Assembly (NCBI GenBank): GCA_002633005.1
Contig: NMRA01000993.1
Location: 1 to 64,000 of the forward strand
DNA from: Phoronis australis
Taxonomy: Eukaryota; Animalia; Phoronida
DNA: 64,000 nt
Reading direction: 5' to 3'
The number at the start of each line of letters is the position of its first letter. Position 1 is the first letter of the stretch. Positions 39,514 through 51,900 of the stretch are shown piece after piece. Made by a program: the position numbers and the translations under genes. The notes under the pieces were generated by a model, which was not told the DNA's origin, did no database searches, and saw only the letters and a program-made list of their open reading frames with translations.

Positions 39514-40271
39514 TTAACACTGTTGTCTGTGTTATTAAGAAATCAGTGAACTGTCCGCAGGTAGTTTCGTTCTTCACGCTGTAACTCTGTCACTCAAGAA
39601 CACGTTTTCTGAGCAACTACTCCAGGATCTCACCAATAACTTGATCATACCTCCATCTACTCCATTTAAATTTAGTTAACTTCCCAACTTTCCTATAATA
39701 AGCATGCCATAATCAGTTATTATTTCATGTTGGTCTTCCGTTTACTAAACTAGACATTGTTACGTCACCTACATGTACATGTATGCCTACGATCCGTCTC
39801 TTTATCCTCCGACAACGGCTCGCTACCATGTCTACTCTTCTCATGACAGCATTTCTGGACTAAGAGCAAGCAGTTTGGTGGCTATTGCTTCTCGTATCCC
39901 GATGCTAAATGATCTAGATTTGACTATGTGTCTTTCCTGAAATAAATAGGTGAATACTTTTCATAGTATCTGACTAGTCGTTCAGGATTGCACGATTGTG
40001 CTAATGTAGCAGTATACATTTGGCATTGTGTTAAGGACTCGCTTGCGTCTTCATGATTGTAAATATCTTAATGCTATATCAATAATGCTTGAAGTTTATT
40101 TCAAGGCAAATAGATTGGCGATTTGCAGTTACTAACGTCATTCCGAACTGAAAATCTTAATAAAGGCGGCCTGACTAAACGAGTTAACGTAAGATACAAT
40201 GTTGAACAAGTGTGTTTCATTAATGAAATGTCAGCAGGAAACTTTCGAGAGAATCCCTTTCCATTACGTAG

Positions 40272-40445
40272 ATTGCACCAACCACGATCAATATTGTGAT
40301 CATTGGGCTAGTGAGGGCTACTGTACGGATGTACAATACAAGGAGTTCATGGAAGATAATTGTGCCAAAGCCTGCAATCTTTGTGGTGGCGGTGCTGGAA
40401 CAACCACCACAGCTAGTGCCACCACAACACCGGTTGGGGGTGAAG
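40272..40445 (+). CDS. Astacin gene exon: ShKT domain 2 plus linker
   Basis: CGTAG|(D)CTNHDQYCDHWASEGYCTDVQYKEFMEDNCAKACNLCGGGAGTTTTASATTTPVGGE|GTGGGT; 174 bp, phase 1-1. Confidence 0.9.
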
Positions 40446-40511
40446 GTGGGTGACTTAGAATTGACTTACATGACGATAATGTTTTTCATCATATTAGTGC
40501 TTTACTAATAC

Positions 40512-41606
40512 TCAATGTTATTTAAATTTCTCTGGAAAGGTCGCAATGACAAAATTAAGCGCTCCCGAGCTGTTTGTAATTATAATGAAGGAGGTATCAG
40601 AATGATAAACATATTTTCATACTGTAAGGCTTTAAAGATGAACATGTTAACAAAATTTGTAAACGGCCAGTCTAAGACTGTCGGTTTGTTTCATTTGATT
40701 TTTCCTGATATTGTGGATATTTTAGGTATCATTATGAACTTTATGGAGTATAATAGTCTAATTTCAGTGATATCTAAGTACCAAGAGAAGTGTGGTATTG
40801 ATAGAGTTGTTAGTTTTGATGCGTATTGTCCTGTAATGCCAACAATTTTAATGAAACTGAAAAGTGGCGGAAGAGGGTGTCAACATGTCTGTACACAATT
40901 AAATTATTAGTTCCGAAGTCTCAAAAGCGGAGTCAAAATGGTTCAACGAACTGAACGTAAACACAACTATTTTTTTCATGGGAAGATGTTTATTCCCTTC
41001 TAAATAACACAACAAGAGACCCAGTTCAGCCTCTTGACGAGAATTTTGACTACTAACTCTTTTTTGAAAATAATTCAAGCTACGGATGACTACTCATGTT
41101 CTTTTTGTGGACAATCGCAAGAGACTTTGAAACACTTATTTTGGGAATGTGAAACGGTAAATTCATTTTAGACAAGAGTTGATTACGAAATTCTAAACAA
41201 AGCCAATCCCCAGTGTGTCGGCACTCTCTCCTGCAACAACGTTATTTTTGGGTTTTTTGATGAAAAAAAATAAAAACATTGTTTTATTATTGGGTATACA
41301 GCTTATTTATATCAAAAAGTTTGGATAAAAAAGATTACTTCTAAGTAGATTTTTTAACTTCATCAAAGAATATTATATGAGTGAAAAGCATAATGCTCCT
41401 ACGGATTTGAATTTAGAATTGATACAAAAAAGATGGTGTAACTTTGAAGCGGTTTTTCTTAGCAGTCCAGAGGATTAGTTATGGGTATGCGTGTGTGTGC
41501 GTGTGTATGTGTGTCTGTATGTCTGTCTGTCTGTGGTGTTATTTAACATTTTGTGATATTGTAATGTTTTTCTCATTGTCAATAAATGTATAAAAAAGAA
41601 AAAAAA
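40512..41606 (+). mobile_element. 5'-truncated L1/Tx1-type LINE with poly(A) tail
   Basis: FKFLWKGRNDKIKR...EGGIRM; RILTTNSFL...CSFCGQSQETLKHLFWEC; AATAAA at 41581 followed by an A-rich tail. Confidence 0.85.
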
Positions 41607-42984
41607 TGGAAGAAATGTTTTCAAACCTTTTTTACGACATTTGAAGGGGTGAAAATATGTTTGAGGTCAAGTTTTCGATGTGAAGTCTTTAGAGATACAA
41701 AATTGATTCAGCCAACTCTTCAAAATCCTGGGAAGTTTTTTTTAGAAAAGAACAAAGTTAAGGTACCCATGGTATTTACGGCCTATTATTGGAAATTTGT
41801 CTCAAAAACCAAAAGAGATAGAATATGGGAACTTGTGCGGGATTTTAGAAGGTCCATAACAGAATGGAAATCTGAATATTTTCATAGGTCATTTTTCGTT
41901 TTTCCGATGTAGTCCGATGGTTGCAAATGAAAATCAAGCAACAATGCCTAATGCGCATTGGCCTTTCTCCGAACAAATCGTGTACTTTTTGTAAAGAAGA
42001 ACTTGGCTTCCTTGTACATTTATTTTGACTTTGTCCCGTTGTGAAAGTGCTCTGGAACGAAATGGTGGTGATTGCAAGAGCTTAAAAAATGAAGAGTTTC
42101 CCTTAGACATACAAACAGTTTCACTTGGTAAGCCAGGAAGAACAAGAACAATATTACTTTTAGTGAAAATTCATACTTATTCCAAGAAACTAAGTTTGGA
42201 ACAACTGTCTGAAATGATTTTTAAAAAGGAAATAGGAATATATTACAAAATAGAAAAGTTTAATTACAATAAAAAACAGAGCTTGTGGAAGCAAAAGTGG
42301 GCAGGTTTCTTTACATGGTAATTATGTTGTGTACATGCATACTGAAAGGAAAGCATGATATGGTGATGCTTCTTTCTGGTTTCTGCAGTATAAAAGAGCA
42401 GTAACTTAGAATCTATTCCTATAGCATTTATAATTGTTAGCACAAATGCGCCTAACCCGTCAGCTCTGGGAGAGAACGTTAACACTGTTGTCTTTGTTAT
42501 TAAGAAACCAGTGAACTGTCCGCAGGTAGTTTCGTTCTTCACGCTTTAACTCTATCACTATAACTTCATCATACCTCCATCTACTCCATGTAAATTTAGT
42601 TAACTTCACAACTTTCCTATAATAAGCATGCCATAATCAGGTATTATTTCATGTTGGTCTTCCGCCTACTAAACTAGAGATTGTTACATCACCTATGCGT
42701 ACGAACCGTCACTTTATTTTCCGGCAACGGCTAGCTTCCATTTTTTACTTTTCTCATGATAGCGTTTATGGACTAAGAGCACGCAGTTTGGTGGCTATTG
42801 CTTCTCGTATCACTATGCTAAAAAATCTAGATTTGACAATCCGTCTTTTCTGAAATAAATACATAAAATACTTTTCATAGTATTTGACTAGTCGTTCAGG
42901 ATTGCACTATCGTGTTAATGTAGCAGTATACATCTGGCATTGTGTTAAGGACTCGCTTGCGTCTTCATGATTGTAAATATATTT

Positions 42985-44533
42985 AAGTCCTTGTCTCACG
43001 CGTTGTTAACCCTTATTACATGGTTAGAAGATGTTATAAGGATCCAAGAAGTACCTACCCCATAACTAATACACGATCCGTACTCGAAAACAGTTTAAAT
43101 GAACGCGCCACTCACGATTCGCACCCGAAGAAACACCGCCATTTTGAACTTGCCGCGAACCCGGAAGTACAATTCATTTAGGAACCCAGGCCGAGAAAAC
43201 GCCATCAGTGCGACTGGAGCAGTGCCTGTACTGTTACCAGCCAGCAAACGGGGATAAAAAAATCGACAGCGCGCCTTAATTTTGATAAAATCAAACTACG
43301 GACAATTTTATGGAATTTGCTGAAGAAATGTGGCGAATAAATTTTGACAGAAATTATTTTGCCAGACTCGGGACCGCAGCCTATCGGACCCGGTGCGGAT
43401 CGAGACCAGACACTGGCGAACGGTAAATGCATGCGGTTGCAAGCTGTTTTGTCGAAGTAAAATGGTCAAATGATAAATGCTGCATATATTCAAAGGTAGT
43501 TTCAGACACTTGCATGAAATTACGGGCTGGTTAGTCCTGTGTCACACTGTTGCCCACAAACACAAAAAACACGAAAATTTACAAAAAGTTTCTTTTTTGT
43601 AGCAACGTTTGTCAAAATGTATCAACGTTAAATCTTCACAAATTACAAAGTGGCCGATTGAACATGCCTTTCAGTTCAGCAAAAGTCGACATGGTAGGTG
43701 CCGCCAGAAATGAGACGAAGTCCAACGGGAATTGTGAGCACATTTATCTCTTAATGAGTAACAACTTCGAGGCTGAAATTTGTGTAAATTGTTTTCGCCA
43801 ACAAATTACGGTGAAATTTAGTTAGACATATCTTTACTTACTATTCTGCACGATTCAAAAGTGTTCACCAAAGTTTTAAACTCGTAACTTATCCCGCTGT
43901 CCTCCAATATGGCCGACGCGATGCAAACAAAGTGACCCAAATTTCGCCACAGAACTTGCAATAACTTTACACTGCTTGCTCCGATTTTGATACTTTTTCG
44001 ATTTTTACTGAGTAGAATGTACTACTTTTCCGATGATAGCAAAGAACTTTTTAAAAACGAGGAAAAAAATAAAACCGAAAAAAATTGGTTCGACCCATAT
44101 TGGTTCCTAGGTTCGACCCGCCTACGTAATACCAATGCTATTTTAACATACTAAATACGCGTAACATTCCAAAAAAATCAACGACCACTAACTACAAACT
44201 ATAAATACACTACATATGCAAACGAATCATGATATATTACTAATGAAACAAAATAATGAAGACTTTTCGAGCTAGCCGTAGCACATTCAGTTACAAGGAA
44301 AAATGGCGGCGTTCAGGACAAGTTCCTGAACTGACGAGCCGGAAATGTGGGTACGGAAATAACCGATGACAAGCGGTAATCATACGCTCAGAGAAAAGGG
44401 TCAAATACTGTTACAAAATCGCTTTTGGCAAGAAAGGCGAAAAGAATATAAAGAAAGGGTGTCGAAAATAAGAATTTATGTAGTAAGTATTTTCAGATAC
44501 TGGAACCACATGGGCAGTTTGCAACAAGGACTT
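42985..44533. mobile_element. Non-autonomous element with 10-bp inverted termini (Helentron-associated or TTAA-targeting; class uncertain)
   Basis: AAGTCCTTGT / ACAAGGACTT; absent from the paralogous site AAATATCTTAATGCT at 40061-40075. Confidence 0.75.
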
Positions 44534-44737
44534 TAATGCTATATCAATTATGCTTGATGTTTATTTCAAGGCGAATAGATTGAAGACTTGCAGTTAATAA
44601 CGTCATTCCGAACTGAAAATCTTAAAGAGGAAGGCCTGACTAAACGTGTTCACGTAAGATACAATGTCGAACAAGTGTGTTTCATTAGTGAAATGTCAAC
44701 AGGAAACTTTTCTAGAGAACCCCTTTCCATTACGCAT

Positions 44738-44891
44738 CAAAATTGTGATCATTGGGCTAGTGTGGGCTACTGTAGTCATGTGGAATACAAGGAGTTCATG
44801 GAGAAGAATTGTGTCAACGCCTGCATTCTCTGTGGTGGCGGTGGTGGAACAACCACAGTTGGTGCCACCACCACACCGGTTGGGGGTGAAG
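44738..44891 (+). pseudogene. ShKT exon copy that lost its splice acceptor and first Cys
   Basis: TTACGCA|TCAAAATTGT: ~17-nt deletion relative to exon 40272; remainder QNCDHWASVGYCSHVEYKEFMEKNCVNACILC...GE|GTGGGT is open. Confidence 0.8.
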
Positions 44892-44954
44892 GTGGGTGAC
44901 TTAGTATTGATTCTTCTGTATTTCAAAGTTAGTAGCACAAATATGCTTAATCTG

Positions 44955-45066
44955 TCTGGTGGTGAAGGCTATAACTATACTAATGAATAAAACAAGAGTG
45001 TCACGGAGAAGGATTGTGCCAAAGCCTTCAATATCACTGGCGGCTGTGGCATTGTAGGGGGTTAAG
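44955..45066 (+). pseudogene. Decayed 3' half of a ShKT exon
   Basis: GEGYNYTNE*NKSVTEKDCAKAFNI...; stop codons and a mutated donor. Confidence 0.65.
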
Positions 45067-46199
45067 GGAAGTTACTTATAATTGTCTCCTCTATCATTTA
45101 ATATTGATATATCGCCGGTAATTTGAGTGACAGCTGAACCGACCAATCATAACGCAGAATTCGTTACACCCCTTCGCTTCCAGTCCGCCATTTTAGGCTA
45201 CAAACAACACGTAGGGGCGGAGCTTGCGATAGGTCAATTGGAACAGTAGTAGAACTTCGCCTAATCTCTGCCCGCTGCGACAGACGTTTCTCTTCGAAGG
45301 TAACCACTATTGCTTGTGTGCTTGAGAACTCAATGAATTCTACACCGTCATTATCGGTCTTCATGCTGCCTGTCTGTAACCCATGGAACGCGTTTTATTG
45401 GCTACTTTATCAGGATCTCACCAATACATATGCCTTATTGCTGTCCACTGTGCGTACTGATCTTCATGGGCAGCTTACCTAGACATATTTTGTCGTAATC
45501 GGCCATTGTTCAATTTTGAACTTTATTTACAAAACTAGAGGTAGTTAGTTCACTGATGAGTACGTAACGTCAATTTATGTTCCGACAACGGCTCCAGTAG
45601 GTACATGTACATGTATGCGCTTCTGAGTTCTCAGTGATGGCACTTGTGAACTACACGCCAGCGGATGAGTGGCAATTGCTTCTCAGGGTCTTTTGCTGAA
45701 CGATACCATCCTTCTTTTCCGCTATACTTGTTTTTATCTATATCTATATCTATACATGTAGTGCTTTTCATAGTATTTGATTTATCGGTCTTAATTACGC
45801 GGTGATATGAGGAAATAACTGATGATCACCATCTATCAGTGCCGTTTTATACATCACAGTGATTATCAAAAAATCTCAAAAACAATCCTACCATTCGATC
45901 AGATATAAAACTAAACCACCCACAAACACCAATAATACCTAGAATCAGGACAACCGATCACAACATTGGCCTTCTTTCATGGTGTTTAATGTGAAAAGTC
46001 GTCAAATAATGCTGCTCGTTTTCTTGTTGTTTATATTATGATAAAAAATGACGAGGTGTTACGTTTGTTGTGGATGTGAAACTCAATAATTCACCATCCC
46101 TAGACTCTTTTCACTTTCCCGCTGGATTCTCTAAGTTTTTGGCGTCCGCCCTTCTATCAACCAGACAATTATGCTCCTACTGTAATCTGGACGTCTCAT

Positions 46200-47720
46200 A
46201 ATGATTTTCTGAGGACTTCGACTACCGGGGCGCCTCCTAGTAGCAGGCTTTGGCGGCCATGGCTACATCTCCTAAGCCCTTTGCAGGATCTTATTAAACT
46301 TACCGAATGTTTTTATATGAAGTTGACAACGGACTACGAATAATTGTAGACGGGTGGTACGATTACTGTGGCCCCTAGAGGCAATTTCATTTTTTTTCGC
46401 TTTCCTTTGTTTCTCTGGTGCTCCTTGACGGATTTTCATGAAATTTGGGAAATAACTTTCTATTAAAAAAGAAAAACTGGAATGTTCAGGTTTTCGGAGG
46501 GATTTAACGTAGTTTGAACGATGCAAGTGTCATTTTTACTGTTTTCAAGTCTGCTTTTGGTGTCCACCACTCTATCAACCATGCCACTCTAAGGATGGTT
46601 TTGAAAATTGGTGTTTATGTTTCTAATGTAAAGAAGACGGGCGGTAATCATTATCAGATGACTTGCACTGATGCGGTTCCTCCTAGTGTCAGTTTTTGCT
46701 TCTATTGCTGCAGTATCTTTATTACGTTTGGCGAGAGTAGTTACATGGAGTTGACAATGGACAACAACGACATTTGGATGGGTCTGACTACCGCTTGCAA
46801 TTTAATTTTTTGTTGCTCTCTGTATCTTTGAAACTTCTTAGCAGATTTATATGAAATTTAATAGTTCTTTTAAAAAGTCGAGAGGTTCCTGTTTTGGAAT
46901 AGATTTGACGTAGAGCGGCTGTTTACATGAAATTCTGTAAATAGGTTTTATTAAGGAGACGGCGACATCTCATTTTCGGGCGGATTTGACGTTTTTTGCG
47001 ACTCTCGGTGGTCAGTTTCACATTTTTGAGTACGTTTTTTTCATCACCTTCTCCATCCCCAAAACCGATTGAAGGATAATTGTTGAAATTTGGAGGTGTG
47101 TTCCTGATGAAAAGACAGAGGCTGAGGTTTATTTTCATTTTAACGTACTCAGCCACCCCTAGTGGCAATTGCTTTATGTCTCTACGTGTGTGCCCAGTTA
47201 CCTTTTGCAAGACCTTTCAGAAATTTAGCAGATACACGTATGTTCATAAGGAGATGGAAACATTTTAGAGCCAGTTTCAGACCATTCCAACTGCAGCTCT
47301 GCTCCCTAGTGGCAATTTTAATCTTACGTTTGCTTCTGTAACTTTAGGATTTCTTGATGTTTTCTCATAAAATTGGGAGAACAAGCGTACATGTATAACA
47401 TGAAGACGGCACAATCTTTCCTTTCTGTGATGGATTGACGTATTCTGCACCAAATAGAGGCCGTTTATATATTTTTATTATGTTTTTGTTGTTTGCTTTT
47501 GTATCTGCTAAACCACGCAGACGCTTATGATGAAAATTGGCAGATGTGTCGCACCGACAACATCATAACTGACGTAGATATCCATATGGGCCCAACTATC
47601 TATTGTGGTGCCCCCTAGTGACATTTTTTCATATCTACGGCTGTGTCTGCTAAACTCCTTACCAGACGTTTTCGAAATTTTGCGATTGTATTCGTATTAA
47701 TTTGGCAGCATCTAATGGCC
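46200..47720 (-). repeat. Helentron-like repeat built from degenerate ~150-bp units carrying CCACTAGGGGGC-like motifs
   Basis: Reverse-strand motif variants near 46232, 46371, 46678, 47154, 47301, 47610; related to 54785-55720. Ends approximate. Confidence 0.6.
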
Positions 47721-48355
47721 ACACTGTTTGCGGCGTAGTCGTCGTCGCATTTTAACGCTGCGTGTGCGTGTTGCTCTTGTTGATCTGGATTCATGGCTGA
47801 CATAATGTAATGCTATAACGGAAGTCCCTGATGTTTACAATTTAGTCACTGTCAAAACGAGGTAAAGTGAGGTTTTTATCATTTGAATCCAACCATAAGC
47901 CGCGTGCAAAGCATATTATAGAACAGAAATTAGAGTCCCACCTCATAGCCATGTGGTTACACCTCGCAGAACTCGAGGAATTAAACCAATACCATTTATT
48001 CCGTGCCGTCTGCTGTTTGCATCATGCACCTTACACGTAGGTCAGCAGTTGCGATTCTACAAGTAAATTTATGTTTACACTGAACTACGCTTCTGGTAAC
48101 AGATCTCAGACAATGTCGCAGTATAGGATTGTATTGTCTCGTCTACGTCTTCATTAATATATTGAAGTTTATTTCAAGGCAAATTGACGCTTTGTAGTTA
48201 ATAATAAATAACCTGATCTGACCATTCCAAACTAAAAATCACCATAAAGGATGTCTGGCTAGACCTGTATACGTAAAATATAATGCTCAACAAGTTTGAT
48301 TTATTGCTCAAACGTCAACAGAACATTTTCAAGCGGATCCCTTTCCATTACGCAG

Positions 48356-48472
48356 ATTGCACCAACAACGATGAAAATTGTGGTTATTGGGCTGACGAGG
48401 GCCACTGTACCAATGTACTATACAAGACGTACATGGAGACGAATTGTGCCAAAGCCTGCAACCTGTGTGAGG
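48356..48472 (+). CDS. Astacin gene exon: ShKT domain, third intact copy
   Basis: CGCAG|(D)CTNNDENCGYWADEGHCTNVLYKTYMETNCAKACNLCE|GTGAGT; 117 bp, phase 1-1. Confidence 0.9.
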
Positions 48473-48537
48473 GTGAGTGACTAAGATTTGGTTCCTATAT
48501 CATTCGAAACTTCTATCACAAATTCGCCTAATCCATC

Positions 48538-48644
48538 ATATGGTGAAGGTTTATGTACTGATTAAAGATACAAAAGTGTCACGCAGAAAGATTATGCGAA
48601 GGCCTGCAATCTCTGTTGTTGCGGTGGGGGCAATGGGGGTGAAG
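48538..48644 (+). pseudogene. Decayed 3' half of a ShKT exon with intact donor
   Basis: YGEGLCTD*RYKSVTQKDYAKACNLCCCGGGNGGE|GTAAGT; paralogous to 44955-45066. Confidence 0.7.
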
Positions 48645-51157
48645 GTAAGTTACTTAAATTGATTTCTTTGTCATTCAAAGTTAATAGTACAAATTCGGCT
48701 AAACGCGTCCTCCGAGACATATAACCTCTACGAACAAACCACTGCTGCTTGTATGCTTGAGACCTCAATGAACTGTACACATTCAATGTTGGTCTTCATG
48801 TTGTCTCTTTGTAGCCCAAGTATTAAGGTTTTTGGGCTAGTTCTCCAAGATATCACCAATACCAATACCAATGTCAACTGCGTGTATATCTAGTGAACTC
48901 TGTAGACAGCTTACCTGATCTTGTCGTAATCAGCCATTATTTCATATTTGGATTCCGTTTACAAAACAAGAGATTTTTACGTCACTTATTAGTAGGAACC
49001 GTCAATTTCTAATAGACAAGCGCTAGCTACTGTTCACATGTATGTAATCCCCGTGAAGACACTACGCGAAAGCAGTTTGGGGGCGGTTGTTTCTCGTAGT
49101 CTGTACATTAATCAAAACATTTAAAATCACCACTTTCATAAGAAAATACACTAAAAAGCAATTCCAACAGTGTATCAGATCTCAAATTAGACCTCCCATA
49201 AACACGGCTTGGAATTGGGGCAACAAATCACGGTACTCATGTATGTCATCCTCCATAGTGTTCAGTGTTAAAAGCCTTCAGGCCATTTTCTCGTGATTTA
49301 TGATATAATAACGTCCAATGCCGAGGCGTTACTTTTGTTGTGGATGCGGCAACCCAATGTTTCACCTCATCTTGACTGTTTCAACTTTCCCGCGGGGCAT
49401 CAGATTTGTGAGGATATTGCACAGGTTTGTGCAACGAACTCTAGTGCTGGTGGATATGACAATCTGGCACTGATAACGATGACACGTCACACTCATGTCC
49501 GTACATCATTGGACCTTTCAACTGAAGTCGATTTTCTTGTATAATCTCGTTTTTTGGTCTTTTGAATTCATTGCTGAGATATATAGTGATATGATGGAAG
49601 ACCTGGATGTTGAACATATAGTCACTTGCCAAAACAATGTAAAAGGAGGTTTAAGCACCTTTTGCTAACTGTGAACTGAACGTACATTAAAGGGAAACAC
49701 AGGCATTTGGAACTTACATCTGATCTCTTTGTAAAACTCTGACAATTCAGACAGGTTTATCTATTCAGAGCAGCCTGATGCCGGCAGCATGTACATTAAA
49801 CGTGGATTTGCAATTGATTTCCACCAAATATCTTAAATTTTATTCTAAATTACATTTCTGGTACCAGTTGTCCTACAAGCTGTGAATGTTTTATGTTTGA
49901 GGATATGCCATTTTTAATAGAGGATTTCGGTTATACGTTAAACGCGAACGTGTGAAGTCGGCGTTCGTTGTTTACTCCGTCACACTGGTGCAATACATGT
50001 ATATTTTCGCGTTCAGTTTTGTCACAATGGCGGAAACAACATGGAGACTACTGAAAGCACGCAACTGCTAAGCAAGCGTGGCTTTTACTCACGATTTGTC
50101 GCAAAAGGTTGTTAGCTGCATGAAACTGTTTCAGGTTTTTAGAAAGTGTAGCTATCCAAGAGATGGTGTACAGGTAACTCACTGCGTTTATTTGGTTGAT
50201 TGTTTGAAATATGACCGTTGTTATGAGGCCCTCTTCGCGTTTTGAATATTTTTCCAGAAAAGACTATGTGATCGGGTGTACTGAGCGACTGAGGAATAGT
50301 ATAGTCAAATTTTGTGCAAAAACATCTCGATTTCGGTAATATTCGATGAAAGTAAATGAAAGAAATGCTTTGGTTATAAATATGCACAAAAAGCAGTTAT
50401 AAATGAGTTTGTGAATTAAAATCATTATTGACGGCAGAAAATTTTACAACTAAAATAGAATGAAAATTAAAATCTGAAACATGACAACTCTTATTAATGA
50501 GATGCCGATTGCAATTCTTGTGATATCAAAAGGGTTGTTGATTTCACACCATTCTCCGTAGGACAGCATGGTTTCAGGCATGTAGTAATCACCAGTCAGT
50601 TGCTAGTAATGACCAGTTATGTAGGTAATCTGATTTCAGAGTAATAAGCATTACTTATTGGACGTAACTGATTCTGAAATCATGAATCAATCCGGAGCTT
50701 AAAAAACTTTTATTACAGTAACTAGTTGCCTCCTTCGCGTCGTTCTGCCAGGAGTCAATTTTTCGGTTGTTTGTTGCCTTTACGGTGACTCTCTTACAGT
50801 TAACATTTCGTACACCGCCTGCCCTCATGATTGCCACCCCAGTGTTGCTTTTGTAGGGCCTATAAGTGTGTTACCTCTCCCAGTTGTGTTTCTGTTCGGC
50901 GTGTAGCCGAAGCTCTCTAATACTAATGTTGCAGTGTAACACATTGTATTTTCATCTCGTTTACGTTTTCAATGTTATAATTATGCAATGATCTATCAAC
51001 AATATTTGAAGTTTAGTTTAACCGATTTGTAGTTAATGTGACTTAACACAATCTCAGCACTCATTATTGAAATCCTCATCATAGGATATCTTGCTTATGC
51101 ATATACGAACTGGTATGTAAAATTTCATGTTCTGTACATGTCCTTTCTATTACAAAG

Positions 51158-51282
51158 ATTGCACGAACAACAATACAAACTGTGACTACTGGGCTGGGGA
51201 AGGTTACTGTACGAATGTAGAATTCAAGGAGTACATGGAGACGGATTGTAAAAAAGCCTGCAACCTCTGTGGAGATGCTTAA
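51158..51282 (+). CDS. Astacin gene last coding exon: ShKT domain, fourth intact copy, ending in TAA
   Basis: TTTCTATTACAAAG|(D)CTNNNTNCDYWAGEGYCTNVEFKEYMETDCKKACNLCGDA*; stop at 51280-51282, then A|GTAAGT. Confidence 0.88.
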
Positions 51283-51790
51283 AGTAAGTTACCTAGAACT
51301 GATTCCTATATAATTCAAAATTGAAAAACAAGCGCACACACACACTGGCTACGCCAACACACTAATTAAGTACTGTGCTGGTGATTTGTCACCACCACGG
51401 AGTCGTTGTGCAACAGTGCAAACCTGTTCCTTTGCAGCAGATATCTTACAAACTTCTTCCTAATCCACCCTATACTTCGTTTCTGGTACCTGTTTTCAGA
51501 TAGCTCTTTAATTGAGAGAAATTATGTGCTGATAACTCATTGTTCATGCCATTGCCAAGTGTATCATTGTGTATCTCTTGATGATTGAAGTAAATTTGAG
51601 GATGAATAGTCACTTATTAATTAACAGCACTTATCTTCATCTGAGCACTCCCAAAGTGAACTTCACGATGTAGGATTTCCAATCTAGTGCTTACATGTAC
51701 ATGTTTATACGTTAAATTAAGATTAATGTGCGCATTTTCATTACTGAAATAGCGTAAAACAATGTTCACCTATTCCTTTCCATTACATAG

Positions 51791-51900
51791 ATTGAACAGC
51801 AACACAAACTGACACTATTGGGATCCTAAAGGGAAATATAAAAAATGAACGACACACGACTTACACGGTGAAGAAATGTCTAAAGGTCTGCTCTGGCGAC
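51791..51900 (+). pseudogene. Heavily decayed ShKT exon downstream of the stop; possibly 3' UTR exon
   Basis: Retains the shared acceptor context CCTTTCCATTACATAG|AT and recognisable ACAAACTG..ACTATTGGG and GAAGAAATGTCTAAAGGTCTGC; stops and frameshifts. Confidence 0.7.

Larger units (their letters stand above)
41615..44900 (+). repeat. Tandem segmental duplicate of the intron+exon module 35270-40460, differing by later insertions
   Basis: 41615-42420 aligns to 35272-35945, 42420-42480 to 37783-37858, 42480-42985 to 39514-40070, and 44534-44900 to 40070-40458. Confidence 0.9.
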
